Source: Vicinamibacteria bacterium (GTDB lineage Bacteria > Acidobacteriota > Vicinamibacteria > Marinacidobacterales > Marinacidobacteraceae). Taken from it: DNA of 64,000 nt. A model generated the notes under the pieces. It saw only the letters and a program-made list of their open reading frames with translations, did no database searches and was not told where the DNA came from. The position numbers were made by a program, and so were the translations under genes. Every line of letters starts with the position of its first letter. Position 1 is the first letter of the stretch. Location: the NCBI GenBank assembly GCA_965232015.1, contig OZ246946.1, positions 245,562 through 309,561 of the forward strand. Direction: 5' to 3'. Below are positions 7,556 to 17,773 of the stretch, piece after piece.

Positions 7556-10552
7556 CTACTGCGCGGCGGAGCAGCGGGTGATGAAAGTCCGCTGCTCCTC
7601 GGTGGAGGGGTCGTTGGCGGCGCAGGCGGCAAGGGCTTCGGCCGCTTCGTCCCGCCGACCGAGGGCGGTCAGCGCTTGCGCCCGGAACCAGAGCGGACGG
7701 GCCTCGGTGGCGCGGTGGGCTCGTCCGACGCCGAGGTTCTCCGGATAGGTGAGCGCGTGGTCGAAATGGGCCAACGCGGTCTCGGCCTCGCCCTCCGCGA
7801 GTGCGGCGCGTCCCAGTTCGACGTGGGCGGCCGAGAAGAGCTGCCAGATGGTGGCGTCGCCCTCGCGGAAGTTCACTTCGGCCCGCTCCAGCAGCGCGAT
7901 CGTGTCCTCGTAGCGGCCGGTGGCGCCCAGCGCTCGCGCCCACTCGATGTTGATGTCGTGGCGGCGTCGCAGCCCCTCCGGAATCCGCTCCAGCACCGCG
8001 GTCGCGGCGGCGGGGCGTCCCTGCTCGAGGTGGAGGCGGGCGAGGTCCCGGTAGAGGGTCTGATCGCGGTGGCGGGCGGCGATCGCCTGCTCGAGGTGGT
8101 GTTCTGCTTCCGTCGGCTGGTCGAGGAGCTTCCAGTGGATCATGCCGAGGCCCCGGTGGGCGGTGGAGAGACCCGGATCCCGCTCGATGGCGGCCTCCCA
8201 GGCGGCCATGGCCTCGTCGTAGCGGCTCAGTCCGGCGAGCAGCCGTCCCAGCAGCAGGCGGGGCGCGGGTTCGCCGGGCGCGGTCCGGGCGGCGTCGCGC
8301 AGCACGCGCACCGACTCGGGGCGCGAGGGGAAGTGGTAGTCGAGACGCGGCCGGTGCCCGCGCTGCCGGTTGCGGTCCCGCTCGGCGATGTCCCCGACCT
8401 GCCCGGCCCAGTCCCCCGCGTGGTACCAGAGCATCGGCCCCGGGGCGAATCCCGCGTCCTCGATCAGGGCGTCGAGCGCGTCGAGGGCGACTTGCGGCAG
8501 CCCGGCTTCGGCCGTGGTGAGGAGCGCCTCGATCAGGGCGAACTCGGGCTCTCCGGCCAGCGCCAGCATGGCCCGGGCGGCCTCGGCGCGACTCGCGTCG
8601 TCGCCCGCGGTGTGGATCCGGACGACCCACGGGATCAGGCTCACGGTGCCCGCTTCGATCTCCCGGTGGGCGTCGGCGGCGCTGGCGTCGGCGTCTCCGG
8701 TGGCGAGCCGCGCCAGCAACAGCCAGTCGGAAACCGGAGCGCCGAGCTCGGCCGCGGTCTCGAGGGCGCGCATGGCGGCTTCGGGCTCCCCCGTGTTCAG
8801 CAGGATCCGGCCGGCGAGACGCCAACCGACCGCCTCCGCTCCGGCGAGCTTGGTGGCGAGGTAGGCGGAGTCGAGCCCGGCTTCCGGATCTCCGGCGCGG
8901 TAATGAGCCACGCCGAGCAGGAAACGGGCGAATCCGTGCTCCGGATCGGCGCCCACGATCCGGGTGAGGCGCTTCGATGCCGCCTCCCACAACCCCGCCT
9001 TCAGGTCGAGGACGGCGAGGCCGACGCCGGCGTCCCGGTGGTCGGGGGCGAGGGCGAGCGCCCGTTCGTAGAGCCGGCGGGCCTCGGCCCGATTCAGGTC
9101 CTTGTCGGCCCGCTCCGCGGCGGCGAACGCCTCCTCCGCTGTAGTCGGCTCGGTCGCTACCGGGAGCGCCGGCGGCTCTTCAGCCGGGATCTCGAGCGGG
9201 GACCGGTAGGCGAGGATCGCCTCTCCCTCGACGATGACCTCGACCTGGACCGGCGTCGCCTGATCGCCCTCGGATCGCAGATTCGCGGGGAGTCGGACCT
9301 CCGTCGCCTCGGTCGGCGTGAGATCGCGCACCTCGGTGTGCTCGCCTGACGCGGTTCGAAGCGTCACTGCGGCGCTCGGCAGATCCCGGGCGGCGAGGAA
9401 CAGGAACCGGGTCGCTGCGTCGGCCTCGACGCGTTCCACCACGAGATCGGGCGCCGCGTACTCGAAGCCCTCGCCGAGCCCGAACACCGGCGCCCACTGC
9501 TCCCGCCACGCCACCGTCTGGCCGGGGTGGAGCCAGGCGTAGTCCGACTGGGTGGGCAGCGGCCCGCTCTGAACTTCGATGTAGGGGCCGTCCTCATCGG
9601 TGAGGTTGCGCTGGTTCATCGCCCCGTCGTCTCCCTGGCCCCATGTCCAGCCCTTCTTGCCGGGCAGCTCCCGGTGGTCGGCGGTCTGGACGATCCCCCG
9701 GTCATCACCGGAGTCGTAGGCGCCGAAGAAGTCGTGGACCGCGCGGTAGGCGAAGATCGAGGTCGGCTCCGGGTAGTTGGGGAGCCGGGTCATGTCCACG
9801 CCGTTGTCTTCCGGAAACCGGTAGAAGGTCGTCCCGAAGTGGTCGGAGGCCAGCGACATCGGGTAGATGAAGCGGGTTCCTTCGCGCTGCGGGAAGGCGG
9901 TGTTGTTCCAGAAGTAGTAGGGGTGCGGCAGGTCGGTCGGGTTGAACAACCGGATTTCCTGGTCGAGCCGCGCGACGCCGGGGCGCAGCGTCAGCCGGAC
10001 TTCCCAGCCGGTGCGGAAGCTCTGTTCGATCTCGCCGATCACCAGCGTCGCCGAGCCGTCCGGATTCTGAACGCCGGTCACGTTGACCGGGGAGTAGCTG
10101 GTGACGGTGTGGCCCTGCGGCCCCCGGTTCCACTCGATCCCGCCGGAGACCCACGCTCCCCGAAGCGCGATCAGACCGGGTCGGATGACCTGGTTGTTGT
10201 AGAACATCTGCTCGTTCTCGCGCTTGTCCAGCACCCACTGGATGCGTCCGCCGATCTCGGGCAGGCAGGCGATCCTGAGGTACTCGTTTTCGAGGAAGAA
10301 CGCCTTCCAGGTGTGGTCGGCGCGCTCGCTTCCCAGGTTGTCCTGCATCGTGTACGGATAGACGATGGAGCCGTCGGTCTCCCGGAATTGCGGGTTCGGG
10401 TCGTCGGGCAGGAGCGCGTAGGTCGGAAGCGTCAGCTCGCCCTCCCAGGCGCGGACCGCCTCCTGGGCGGCGGCGCCGGCGGGGACGAGAAGGGCCAGGC
10501 ACAGACAGGGGGCGCGGAAGGACCAGGCGGGGAATCGGAGCAAGGCGCTCAC
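7556..10552 (-). CDS. secreted DUF5107-like N-terminal domain protein with C-terminal TPR repeats
   Basis: Signal peptide VSALLRFPAWSFRAPCLCLALLVPAGAAAQ from GTG 10552 with a GAGG RBS. The C-terminal half has TPR-like helices. The N-terminal extension of the track ORF (to 10786) is Arg-rich and spurious. Confidence 0.75.
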   Translation of the reverse strand: MSALLRFPAWSFRAPCLCLALLVPAGAAAQEAVRAWEGELTLPTYALLPDDPNPQFRETDGSIVYPYTMQDNLGSERADHTWKAFFLENEYLRIACLPEIGGRIQWVLDKRENEQMFYNNQVIRPGLIALRGAWVSGGIEWNRGPQGHTVTSYSPVNVTGVQNPDGSATLVIGEIEQSFRTGWEVRLTLRPGVARLDQEIRLFNPTDLPHPYYFWNNTAFPQREGTRFIYPMSLASDHFGTTFYRFPEDNGVDMTRLPNYPEPTSIFAYRAVHDFFGAYDSGDDRGIVQTADHRELPGKKGWTWGQGDDGAMNQRNLTDEDGPYIEVQSGPLPTQSDYAWLHPGQTVAWREQWAPVFGLGEGFEYAAPDLVVERVEADAATRFLFLAARDLPSAAVTLRTASGEHTEVRDLTPTEATEVRLPANLRSEGDQATPVQVEVIVEGEAILAYRSPLEIPAEEPPALPVATEPTTAEEAFAAAERADKDLNRAEARRLYERALALAPDHRDAGVGLAVLDLKAGLWEAASKRLTRIVGADPEHGFARFLLGVAHYRAGDPEAGLDSAYLATKLAGAEAVGWRLAGRILLNTGEPEAAMRALETAAELGAPVSDWLLLARLATGDADASAADAHREIEAGTVSLIPWVVRIHTAGDDASRAEAARAMLALAGEPEFALIEALLTTAEAGLPQVALDALDALIEDAGFAPGPMLWYHAGDWAGQVGDIAERDRNRQRGHRPRLDYHFPSRPESVRVLRDAARTAPGEPAPRLLLGRLLAGLSRYDEAMAAWEAAIERDPGLSTAHRGLGMIHWKLLDQPTEAEHHLEQAIAARHRDQTLYRDLARLHLEQGRPAAATAVLERIPEGLRRRHDINIEWARALGATGRYEDTIALLERAEVNFREGDATIWQLFSAAHVELGRAALAEGEAETALAHFDHALTYPENLGVGRAHRATEARPLWFRAQALTALGRRDEAAEALAACAANDPSTEEQRTFITRCSAAQ

Positions 10553-11262
10553 CTCGGGGACAGCGGCTCGGGGGCGGGGAGAAGACGGAGGGGCCGGAAG
10601 GCGTCCGGTGCGTGGAAGCTGGGGCCGCCGGTGGGGGACCACGCCGCGAAGACGGCGCCCTCGGCGGGGGCTTCGGGACCGCCGGGACGCTTGATGCGGA
10701 AGACGTTGAACGCCATGGTGGTTCCCGGCCTTGGCGGAGCCTCCAGATCGAGTCCCCTCCACGGGAGGAAGGCGGTGGCGGTCCATCCGTCGTGGAACTC
10801 CGTCACCGAGACCTCGAGTCCGGCGACATCGAAGCCCCGGTCCATGACGCCCGCCGGGACCGGGATCTCGTCCGATCCGGACTCGCCCGGACCGAGTCGG
10901 CGCAGGTCGCAGACGACACCCGCCGGATTCACCTCGACCTCGACGTAGCGTCCGTCGCCGACCGGGTCGAGGAAGATCTCCACGACCTCCTCTTCCCAGA
11001 TCGGTGCATCCCGCTCGGACATGGTGAACCAGGGGGCGTCATCGTCGGCGTCGAAGCGGAGGTGGAGCCCGGCGGCGCTCCACAGCGCCCGGAAGCGGGT
11101 CCGATAGGGCGCGGGGCCCCAGGTGGCCGCCGGCGCCCGCGCCCACTCGGAAGCGTCCGCCCGAAGCAGATCGCCTGCATCGGCGTCCGTCCAGCCGGCG
11201 TCATGACCGGTCGAGGGAGCAGAGAGAAGAGCGGACCCGAGCAGGGCAGGGAGAAGCGGCAT
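10549..11262 (-). CDS. secreted carbohydrate-binding family 9 (CBM9)-like protein
   Basis: Signal peptide MPLLPALLGSALLSAPS. DGRYVEVEVNPAGVVCDL and WTATAFLPW resemble CBM9-like domains. Stop overlaps the downstream DUF5107 start (GTGA). Confidence 0.6.
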   Translation of the reverse strand: MPLLPALLGSALLSAPSTGHDAGWTDADAGDLLRADASEWARAPAATWGPAPYRTRFRALWSAAGLHLRFDADDDAPWFTMSERDAPIWEEEVVEIFLDPVGDGRYVEVEVNPAGVVCDLRRLGPGESGSDEIPVPAGVMDRGFDVAGLEVSVTEFHDGWTATAFLPWRGLDLEAPPRPGTTMAFNVFRIKRPGGPEAPAEGAVFAAWSPTGGPSFHAPDAFRPLRLLPAPEPLSPR

Positions 11263-11289
11263 GATCGGAGGCGGAAGGCTACCGGAGCG

Positions 11290-11540
11290 CCGCCTTGCCG
11301 GCGCGCCGGACTCCAGTCTCATGCCGGGCCCCCACCGGGAGAACTGGCGCCGGACTCCAGTCTCATGCCGGCGCGCCGGACTCCAGTCCGGCAATTTGTC
11401 GGCGCCGGCGCGCCGGCAGAGGAGTGCCGGCAGAGGAGCGCCGGCAGAGGAGCGCCGGCAGTGGCAGGCCGGCTTGGAATTGCCGGACTGGAGTCCGGCG
11501 CGCCGGCAGAGGCGCGCCGGCAGCGGAGCGCCGGCGCACC
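11290..11540. repeat. REP-like palindromic repeat cluster (about 8 units; core GCGCCGGACTCCAGTCCGGCAATT) in a divergent intergenic region
   Basis: Stem CCGGACT / AGTCCGG. Units occur in both orientations with degenerate copies. Translated ORFs here (PDWSPARRQ...) are spurious. Confidence 0.85.
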
Positions 11541-11599
11541 GCGTATCGTTGCGCGGTCATGTTCGGGACCGGAGGAGCCGTCCCGAGGGAGGACATCGA

Positions 11600-13318
11600 A
11601 TGCGGCGAACCAGCGGGAAGAAGCGGCTCGGAGCGGTGCTGACGGCGGTGGCGGGACTGAGCTGGGGGCTCGCCGGGGCGGGAGCGCGGCCGGCGGAGGC
11701 GTCGGTGATGGGCGCCAACGGGATGGTCGTGACATCGCATCCGCTCGCCGCCCAGGCCGGCCTCCGGATCCTGCAGGCGGGAGGGAACGCCTTCGATGCG
11801 GCGGTGGCGAGCGCCGCCGTGCTCGCGGTGGTCGAGCCGCTCATGTCCGGGCTCGGCGGCGTCGGCGGCTACGCCCTGATCCATGACGCCGAGACCGGCG
11901 CGGTCCGGTCGCTCGACTTCATCGGCGCCGCGCCCGCCGCCGCCGACCCGGAGGCGTTCTCGGCCGGGAGCCGACTGTGGGACCGCACCCACCCGGCGAG
12001 GGACAGCTTTCTCGCGCCGCTCGTCCCCGGCAACCTCGCCGGCTGGGCCGCGCTTCTCGAGGAGTACGGCTCCATGTCCTGGACCGAAGTGCTCGCGCCC
12101 GCGATCGGGTACGCCGAGGACGGCTTTGCGGTGACGCCGGCGGTCAGCGGCGCCTTCGGGACCAGCGGCTTCGGAGCCGACGTGGCGCGCTACCCGTACG
12201 GGGCCGGTATCTTCTTCAAGGCGGGCAAGCCGTGGCCGGTCGGCGAGATCCTGAAGCAGCCCGATCTGGCGAAGACGCTGCGGGCCGTCGCCGAGAGCGG
12301 GCCCGAGGTCTTCTACGGCGGCGCGCTCGCCGAGACCTTCGCCCGGACGTTTCGGGAGAACGGCGGCCTCCTGACCGCCGATGACTTCCGGAGCTACGAG
12401 GCCCGCTGGAGCGAGCCGCTCCGCACGACCTATCGCGGCTACACGGTGTACAGCCAGCCGCCGGGCGGCTCCGGGATGACCGTGCTCCAGACGCTGAACA
12501 TTCTCGAGCAGTTCGATGTGGCGGCGCTCGAGCACAACTCGCCCGAGTTCGTCCACCTCGTCGCCGAGGCCCTGAAACTCGCGTTCGTGGACGAGGACGG
12601 GTGGAACACCGGCAAGGACTACGCCGAGATCCCGCTCGACCGGTTGCTGTCCAAGGAGTACGCGGCGGAGCAGGCGGCGCGCATTGATCCGGACCGGGCG
12701 CAGTTCCACGCGGCGGCCCGATCGGCATCCGACCTCCCCACCGCCGTGGAGCACACCACCCACCACACGGTCGTGGACCGCGATCACAACGTGGTCACGA
12801 TCACCCAAACGCTCATGCTCCCCGCCGGAGTCGTCGTCCCCGAAACCGGCGTCATCTTCAACAACGGGATGTCCTACTTCAGCCTCGATCCCGACGACGT
12901 GAACCGGATCGAAGCGGGCCAGCGCCCCCGGTTCGTGATGAGCCCGACGATCGTGACCCGCTTCGACAGGCCGTACTTCGCGCTCGGATCGGCGGGCGGC
13001 TGGACGATTCCCCAGACGATCCTGCAGGTGCTCGTGCGCGCGCTCGATTACGACATGGACGCGGCCGCCGCCGTGGATGCGCCCCGTTTCGTCGTCCGCT
13101 ATCTCGACAACTCGATCCCCTACCTGCCCGGCACCGACCTCGTCCTCGAGAAGGACTTCTCGGCGGAGGTCGCCGAGGCGCTGAATGGGCGCGGCCATCG
13201 TCTTCGGGAGCCGGCGAACCGGCTCGGGATGCTGAACGCGATCCGGATCGTCCCCGGCTCGGGCGTCCTCTCCGGCGGGCCCGACCGACGCCGCGAGGGG
13301 CACGCGGCCGCCTGGTGA
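11600..13318 (+). CDS. ggt: gamma-glutamyltransferase
   Basis: MVVTSHPLAAQAGLRILQAGGNAFDAAVA..., the TTHHTVVD autoprocessing region, and a GGSGG C-terminal motif. GGGAGGA RBS. Confidence 0.9.
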   Translation: MRRTSGKKRLGAVLTAVAGLSWGLAGAGARPAEASVMGANGMVVTSHPLAAQAGLRILQAGGNAFDAAVASAAVLAVVEPLMSGLGGVGGYALIHDAETGAVRSLDFIGAAPAAADPEAFSAGSRLWDRTHPARDSFLAPLVPGNLAGWAALLEEYGSMSWTEVLAPAIGYAEDGFAVTPAVSGAFGTSGFGADVARYPYGAGIFFKAGKPWPVGEILKQPDLAKTLRAVAESGPEVFYGGALAETFARTFRENGGLLTADDFRSYEARWSEPLRTTYRGYTVYSQPPGGSGMTVLQTLNILEQFDVAALEHNSPEFVHLVAEALKLAFVDEDGWNTGKDYAEIPLDRLLSKEYAAEQAARIDPDRAQFHAAARSASDLPTAVEHTTHHTVVDRDHNVVTITQTLMLPAGVVVPETGVIFNNGMSYFSLDPDDVNRIEAGQRPRFVMSPTIVTRFDRPYFALGSAGGWTIPQTILQVLVRALDYDMDAAAAVDAPRFVVRYLDNSIPYLPGTDLVLEKDFSAEVAEALNGRGHRLREPANRLGMLNAIRIVPGSGVLSGGPDRRREGHAAAW

Positions 13319-13336
13319 GCCGGGTCGGCCGATCCG

Positions 13337-15286
13337 TCAGCGAATGAAGAACTCCAGTTCGCCCGCCGCGGTGCGGTCGCGCCGGTCGTCGGTCACCCGA
13401 ACCACGGCGGTGTAGCGGCCGGCGCGGAGGCCGGCGGTCTGGAGCGGGAGCATCACCGGGGTGCCCTCGCGCCGCGTCGGATCGATCTCGAACAGATCCG
13501 GCCGCTCCGCTTCGACCACGACCTCGCCCAATTCGTCCAGCACCTCGTAGGCGACCTGGACCCGCGACGGTGGACCGGCGTCCCCGGGGAGAATGAAGAA
13601 CGCGACCCGGGCGTTTTCCGCCGGAGCGAACACCGCCACCGGCCGCACCGGAGGACCGACCGCCTCCGGCTGATGGGCTTCGGCGACGAAGGGGAACACG
13701 CTCGAGAGGGTGAACTCGCTCCCGAGACGCGCCGGCACCGAGAACTCGGTGGCGACGGAATGGACCGCGCGTCCTCCCCGCTCGATGCGGATCTCGAACT
13801 CATGGGTCCCGGAGGGGAGTTCGACGGGGACGCCCACCCAGAAGCGCCGCGGATCCACGGCGGCCTCCGCCTCGGCGAGAGTCGTCCCGCCTTCTCCGGT
13901 GACCTGCAGCCGGAGTGTTCCCGGCTCCTCGACCCAGGACTCCGGCAGCGCCGCCGTGAGCACCGCGAACGCGCCGTCGGGACGGGGATTCAGGAGGTAG
14001 GCGTAGCTGTGGATGTTCTCCGGGAAGGCGTAGCCGTAATCGCCCCGGGCGGTGGCCTCGACGATCTCGCCGCGGCGTTCTCTGGCGAAGTAGCCGGGGC
14101 GGGCGATGACGCGCAGATCCCGATCCCCCGGGACCCGCACCTCGATGCGTCGGTAGCTGCCGTCGAGCTCGCTGTTCGACGGCGAGAACGACAGCAGGTA
14201 GTAGAGCTCGTTCTGGACGCCGATGCGGTTCAGCGCCACCGCGAAGTTCGTCTGGTTGGGGAAGTGGGCCCCTCCGGTGGCCACCGCGAGCGAGGCGTTC
14301 CCCCCCTCCGCGAGCACGTTCGCGGCGATGTTCATCCGCGTCATGATGTCGTCCGGGGGCATGACCCCCATGTCGTTCCCGAGCGAGTCGAAGCTGTTCT
14401 GGCTCGCGGTCAGGATGTTGTTCTCGTTGCCGTAAACGCCCTCGATATCAACGGAGTAGAGCGTCGCGTTCGCGTGGTTCAGTTGCTGGATGGCGGCGAG
14501 CAGCGCGTTCGTCTCGTCTTGCGCGCTCCGACCCGGGAACCCCTCGACCATGTTGCCGGCGACCTCGTCCACGATCTGCCTCGAATCGGCAAACGTCTGG
14601 AGCATTGAGGACAGCAACACCACGATCTTGCGCCCCGGGACCGGCTCGAGCGCCTCGGCGAGCGCCGAGAGCATCTGGAACGACTCGCGGGCGTCGGCTT
14701 CGGGCACGAAGCTCGAGTAGGTGCCGGGGACGATCCGCCGCACGCTCGCGAGCGTCTGCTCCTTGCCGGGCCAGAACTCCTGCAGCACGCGCACTTCGTT
14801 GGCGAACTCGAGGATCATCGTCTCGTCGCCTTCCACCATGTTGTTGGCGACGAACTCCTCGAGCCCGCGCTTGGCGCGCCGGAGGTTCACCGGATCGGCG
14901 CGGCGCCGGTTGAAGACGATGACGAAGCGACGGGGGGAGGCGTTGATCTCGCCCGCGGGCGCCGCCTCTTCGGTCGCCAGCGCCCCCTCACCCTCGGCCA
15001 CCACATCGTCGGAGGGGCCGTAGCGCTCCCAGTCCACCACGTCGAGGCTCAGGACCCGCTGCGGTTCACCCTCCTCGAGCAGCTCGAAGTCGTCCGGCGT
15101 GAGTCCGGGGACCGGGTTCCCGTCCTCGTCGAGGACCAGCACGTCCACGATGACCCGAGTCGCTGCGGTTCGGAACCGGAACCCCTGGGCGGAAGCCGGG
15201 GCGGCGGAGACGGCGGCCACGGCGAGCGCGGCCAGTCCGACGGGAAGCGCGCGGCCGATTCCGCGTCGGATCGGGAACCCGGACAT
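13337..15286 (-). CDS. VWA domain protein, TIGR03436 (VWFA-related acidobacterial domain) family, secreted
   Basis: N-terminus FRTAATRVIVDVLVLDEDGNPVPGLTPDDFELLEEGEPQRV is the TIGR03436 signature. Signal peptide present. Confidence 0.75.
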   Translation of the reverse strand: MSGFPIRRGIGRALPVGLAALAVAAVSAAPASAQGFRFRTAATRVIVDVLVLDEDGNPVPGLTPDDFELLEEGEPQRVLSLDVVDWERYGPSDDVVAEGEGALATEEAAPAGEINASPRRFVIVFNRRRADPVNLRRAKRGLEEFVANNMVEGDETMILEFANEVRVLQEFWPGKEQTLASVRRIVPGTYSSFVPEADARESFQMLSALAEALEPVPGRKIVVLLSSMLQTFADSRQIVDEVAGNMVEGFPGRSAQDETNALLAAIQQLNHANATLYSVDIEGVYGNENNILTASQNSFDSLGNDMGVMPPDDIMTRMNIAANVLAEGGNASLAVATGGAHFPNQTNFAVALNRIGVQNELYYLLSFSPSNSELDGSYRRIEVRVPGDRDLRVIARPGYFARERRGEIVEATARGDYGYAFPENIHSYAYLLNPRPDGAFAVLTAALPESWVEEPGTLRLQVTGEGGTTLAEAEAAVDPRRFWVGVPVELPSGTHEFEIRIERGGRAVHSVATEFSVPARLGSEFTLSSVFPFVAEAHQPEAVGPPVRPVAVFAPAENARVAFFILPGDAGPPSRVQVAYEVLDELGEVVVEAERPDLFEIDPTRREGTPVMLPLQTAGLRAGRYTAVVRVTDDRRDRTAAGELEFFIR

Positions 15287-15302
15287 CGTTCAGCCGTCTC
15301 CC

Positions 15303-17669
15303 TCAGAGGCGGAACAGGTAGTTCAGCTTGAGCGAGAGGCTGCGGTTGCGCACGAAGAACACGTCCGAAGCCCACTCGTCCAGCTCGGTATAGACGAGGA
15401 ACAGATCGGTCCCGGGCTTCGGGATCCAGTTGAACCGGACGTTGGAGGCCAGATCGCCGGTCGCCTCGTTGTACTGGAACAGCCCGAGCAGCACCAGATC
15501 ATTGCGGAACGCCACGCGCATCCGGGTGGAGACGAGATGGGTGTCGAGGTCTCCCCCGGGCAGGCGCAGACGGTTGTATTCGTAGTTCCCGTCGAGCCCG
15601 AAGTTCCGGTTCACCCGGTAGTTGCCCCCGAGGGACCAGGTGTTCCGGCTGCCTCCCCAGAAGCCCCCGAACTCGTAGCTGGTGCGGACCCCGGCATAGC
15701 GGCGGCGGTAGGTGTTGAGCCGGATCGTGTAGCGACGGAACGGGTACTCGCCGGCGGGCACGAGGACATCCTGGATCGTGTAGTCGCTGGTTGTGTACTC
15801 GAACATGTCGCTGACCTCGAACTGGACCTCGTCGCCGCTCTCGAGGGTGGCCCGACCCTGCAGGTTGGCGCGCCGGGTCTCGAGGACGTTGTCGAAGTTC
15901 CAGATCGTGGCCATGTTCGCGGTGAAGTGGACCTGACGCATCCACGGCGCGTCGGGCCGCGGCGAGACCCCGCCGGAGAAGTAGCTCTTCCGCATCCCCC
16001 GACGCTGGACGAAGCCGATCCCGGGATCGAAGTTGTCCCCGATCTCGATGTACTTCGCGGTGCCCTGGATGAGATCCGTCTCGTAGTCCAGCCGTCCGGT
16101 CGCGAGGTCCGACCCATCGAGGTCGGCTCCGGTGGACACCCGGGACCAAAGACCCTCGAACGTCCAGGCGTTGCCGGCGTGCAGGCTGGTGTCGAATCCG
16201 ATGACCCGGTTGAAGGCGTCCCCGCCGGTGGCCGAGCGATCGGTGAACACCGCGCCCACGCTGGAGCGGGTGGAGATGTCCCGCTTGACGCGCGCCACCG
16301 AGAACGACTCCCCCGGGGCGCCGCCGTGGTCGCCCGTGACCATCTCCATCAGTCCGACCGTGTAGCGCCCCTGCCGACCGGAGAGGCGGGCCCCTCCGAG
16401 GATGGGAACCGCTTCACCGCTGTTGGACAGACCGATCCGACGGGTGAAGACGACATCGGCGTCGCGGCGCTCCCCGAACGCGAAGTCCCGCTGCCCTTCG
16501 AGGAAGATCTGGCGCTTCTCCGGGAACCGCAGCGAGAACCGGGTGAAGTTGAGCTGGAGGTCGTCCACCTCTTCCTGGGCGAAGTCGGTGTTCCAGGTGA
16601 AGTCGGCCGTCAGCCCGGGAGTGACGCCCCATTTCGCGTCGATGCCGCCGTCGGTCCGGGTCGTCGCTCCATCCCAGTCGCCGCCGCCGTCGAGCCCTCC
16701 GGCGGCGTAGGGCCGGATTTCGACGTTGCGTCCCGGCCGGATCCCTTCCAGTCCGTGGAGCTTGCCGAGCTCGGCGGGGCGGTACCAGGTGGAGTCGTTC
16801 GAGACGAACGGCCAATAGACCTCTTCCTTCTTCTGCGGGATGTTCCGCTTGAACCCGATGCCGAACTCGATCGGCTCCCCCTCCCGGGGAGGCCGGAACC
16901 GGAGCGACTTGAACGGGATCCGGATCTCGGAGGTCCATCCCCACGGGAAGGTGCGGCCGCGGGCTTCCCAGACCATGTCCCAGTCCAGGTTGCGGGTCCT
17001 CTCGTTCTGCCCGTTCTGGCTCATGTCGAACAGGATCCCGTTCGCGTTGGTGGCGAGGAAGACGGCGCTGCGCTGGTCGTTGTAGGCGTCGAGCAGGATC
17101 GCCACCGCGTCGTCGCTGCCGATGTTCTCGTCGCGGAACATGGTGCGTGGACGGCTCGCCTCGGCGTTCGTCATGGTGCAGGCGAACCCCACGTAGAGGT
17201 TCTCGTCGTCGTAGAGGATGCGCACGACGGTGCTCTCGGTGGACGGCAGCCCCTCGCGGGTCTCCCGTTCGTAGAAGTCTCCGATCGGGATTGCGGTCCG
17301 CCACACCGCTTCGTCGAGGCTTCCGTCCACTTCGATGCCGTCCGGGGCGCGGGCGGCCTGCATCTCCCACGGCCGCGCCTCGAGCGCGCTGACCCGTTCC
17401 TCCCGGCTCATGCCCCGGAGCTCGTCCGCGGTCGGGAAGACATCCGGCGGCGCCGGTAGCGCCAGAACGCCCCCGTCGCTGGCGGCGTCTTCGGCCGCGG
17501 CGCCCTGAACGGCTGGACCGGCGGCCAGATCCTGCTGGAGGCGCTCGAGGAGCGCCCTCCCCCGATCCTTCGGCTCGTCGTCCTCTGCCGGCGCCGCGAC
17601 GCCGAGGCCCGCGACGGCGACCGCGAACGCGGCGAACGCCGTCATCCGGCGCCTGCGATCCCTGTTCAT
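15303..17669 (-). CDS. DUF5916 domain protein with N-terminal CBM9-like module (predicted outer-membrane/secreted hydrolase-like)
   Basis: Signal peptide MNRDRRRRMTAFAAFAVAVAG, DGSLDEAVW...YVGFAC CBM9-like region, and a long beta-rich C-terminus ending ...LNYLFRL. Alternative start at 17645. Confidence 0.75.
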   Translation of the reverse strand: MNRDRRRRMTAFAAFAVAVAGLGVAAPAEDDEPKDRGRALLERLQQDLAAGPAVQGAAAEDAASDGGVLALPAPPDVFPTADELRGMSREERVSALEARPWEMQAARAPDGIEVDGSLDEAVWRTAIPIGDFYERETREGLPSTESTVVRILYDDENLYVGFACTMTNAEASRPRTMFRDENIGSDDAVAILLDAYNDQRSAVFLATNANGILFDMSQNGQNERTRNLDWDMVWEARGRTFPWGWTSEIRIPFKSLRFRPPREGEPIEFGIGFKRNIPQKKEEVYWPFVSNDSTWYRPAELGKLHGLEGIRPGRNVEIRPYAAGGLDGGGDWDGATTRTDGGIDAKWGVTPGLTADFTWNTDFAQEEVDDLQLNFTRFSLRFPEKRQIFLEGQRDFAFGERRDADVVFTRRIGLSNSGEAVPILGGARLSGRQGRYTVGLMEMVTGDHGGAPGESFSVARVKRDISTRSSVGAVFTDRSATGGDAFNRVIGFDTSLHAGNAWTFEGLWSRVSTGADLDGSDLATGRLDYETDLIQGTAKYIEIGDNFDPGIGFVQRRGMRKSYFSGGVSPRPDAPWMRQVHFTANMATIWNFDNVLETRRANLQGRATLESGDEVQFEVSDMFEYTTSDYTIQDVLVPAGEYPFRRYTIRLNTYRRRYAGVRTSYEFGGFWGGSRNTWSLGGNYRVNRNFGLDGNYEYNRLRLPGGDLDTHLVSTRMRVAFRNDLVLLGLFQYNEATGDLASNVRFNWIPKPGTDLFLVYTELDEWASDVFFVRNRSLSLKLNYLFRL

Positions 17670-17773
17670 GACTACCCCGAACCGGATTCTACCCGACGCC
17701 GGTCGGGCGGGACGGGCGCCTCGCAGCGCCGCGCAGCCGAAGCGCTGGCCCCTTGCGAACCGGCCGGCTCCGG

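Noticed and set aside
11290-11540. possible CRISPR array (regularly recurring repeats)
   Set aside because: Units are palindromic hairpins, irregularly spaced, in mixed orientation, with degenerate copies and no unique spacers. The same unit is scattered singly genome-wide (21069, 39463, 62468). This is REP/BIME-like, not CRISPR. No cas genes are present.
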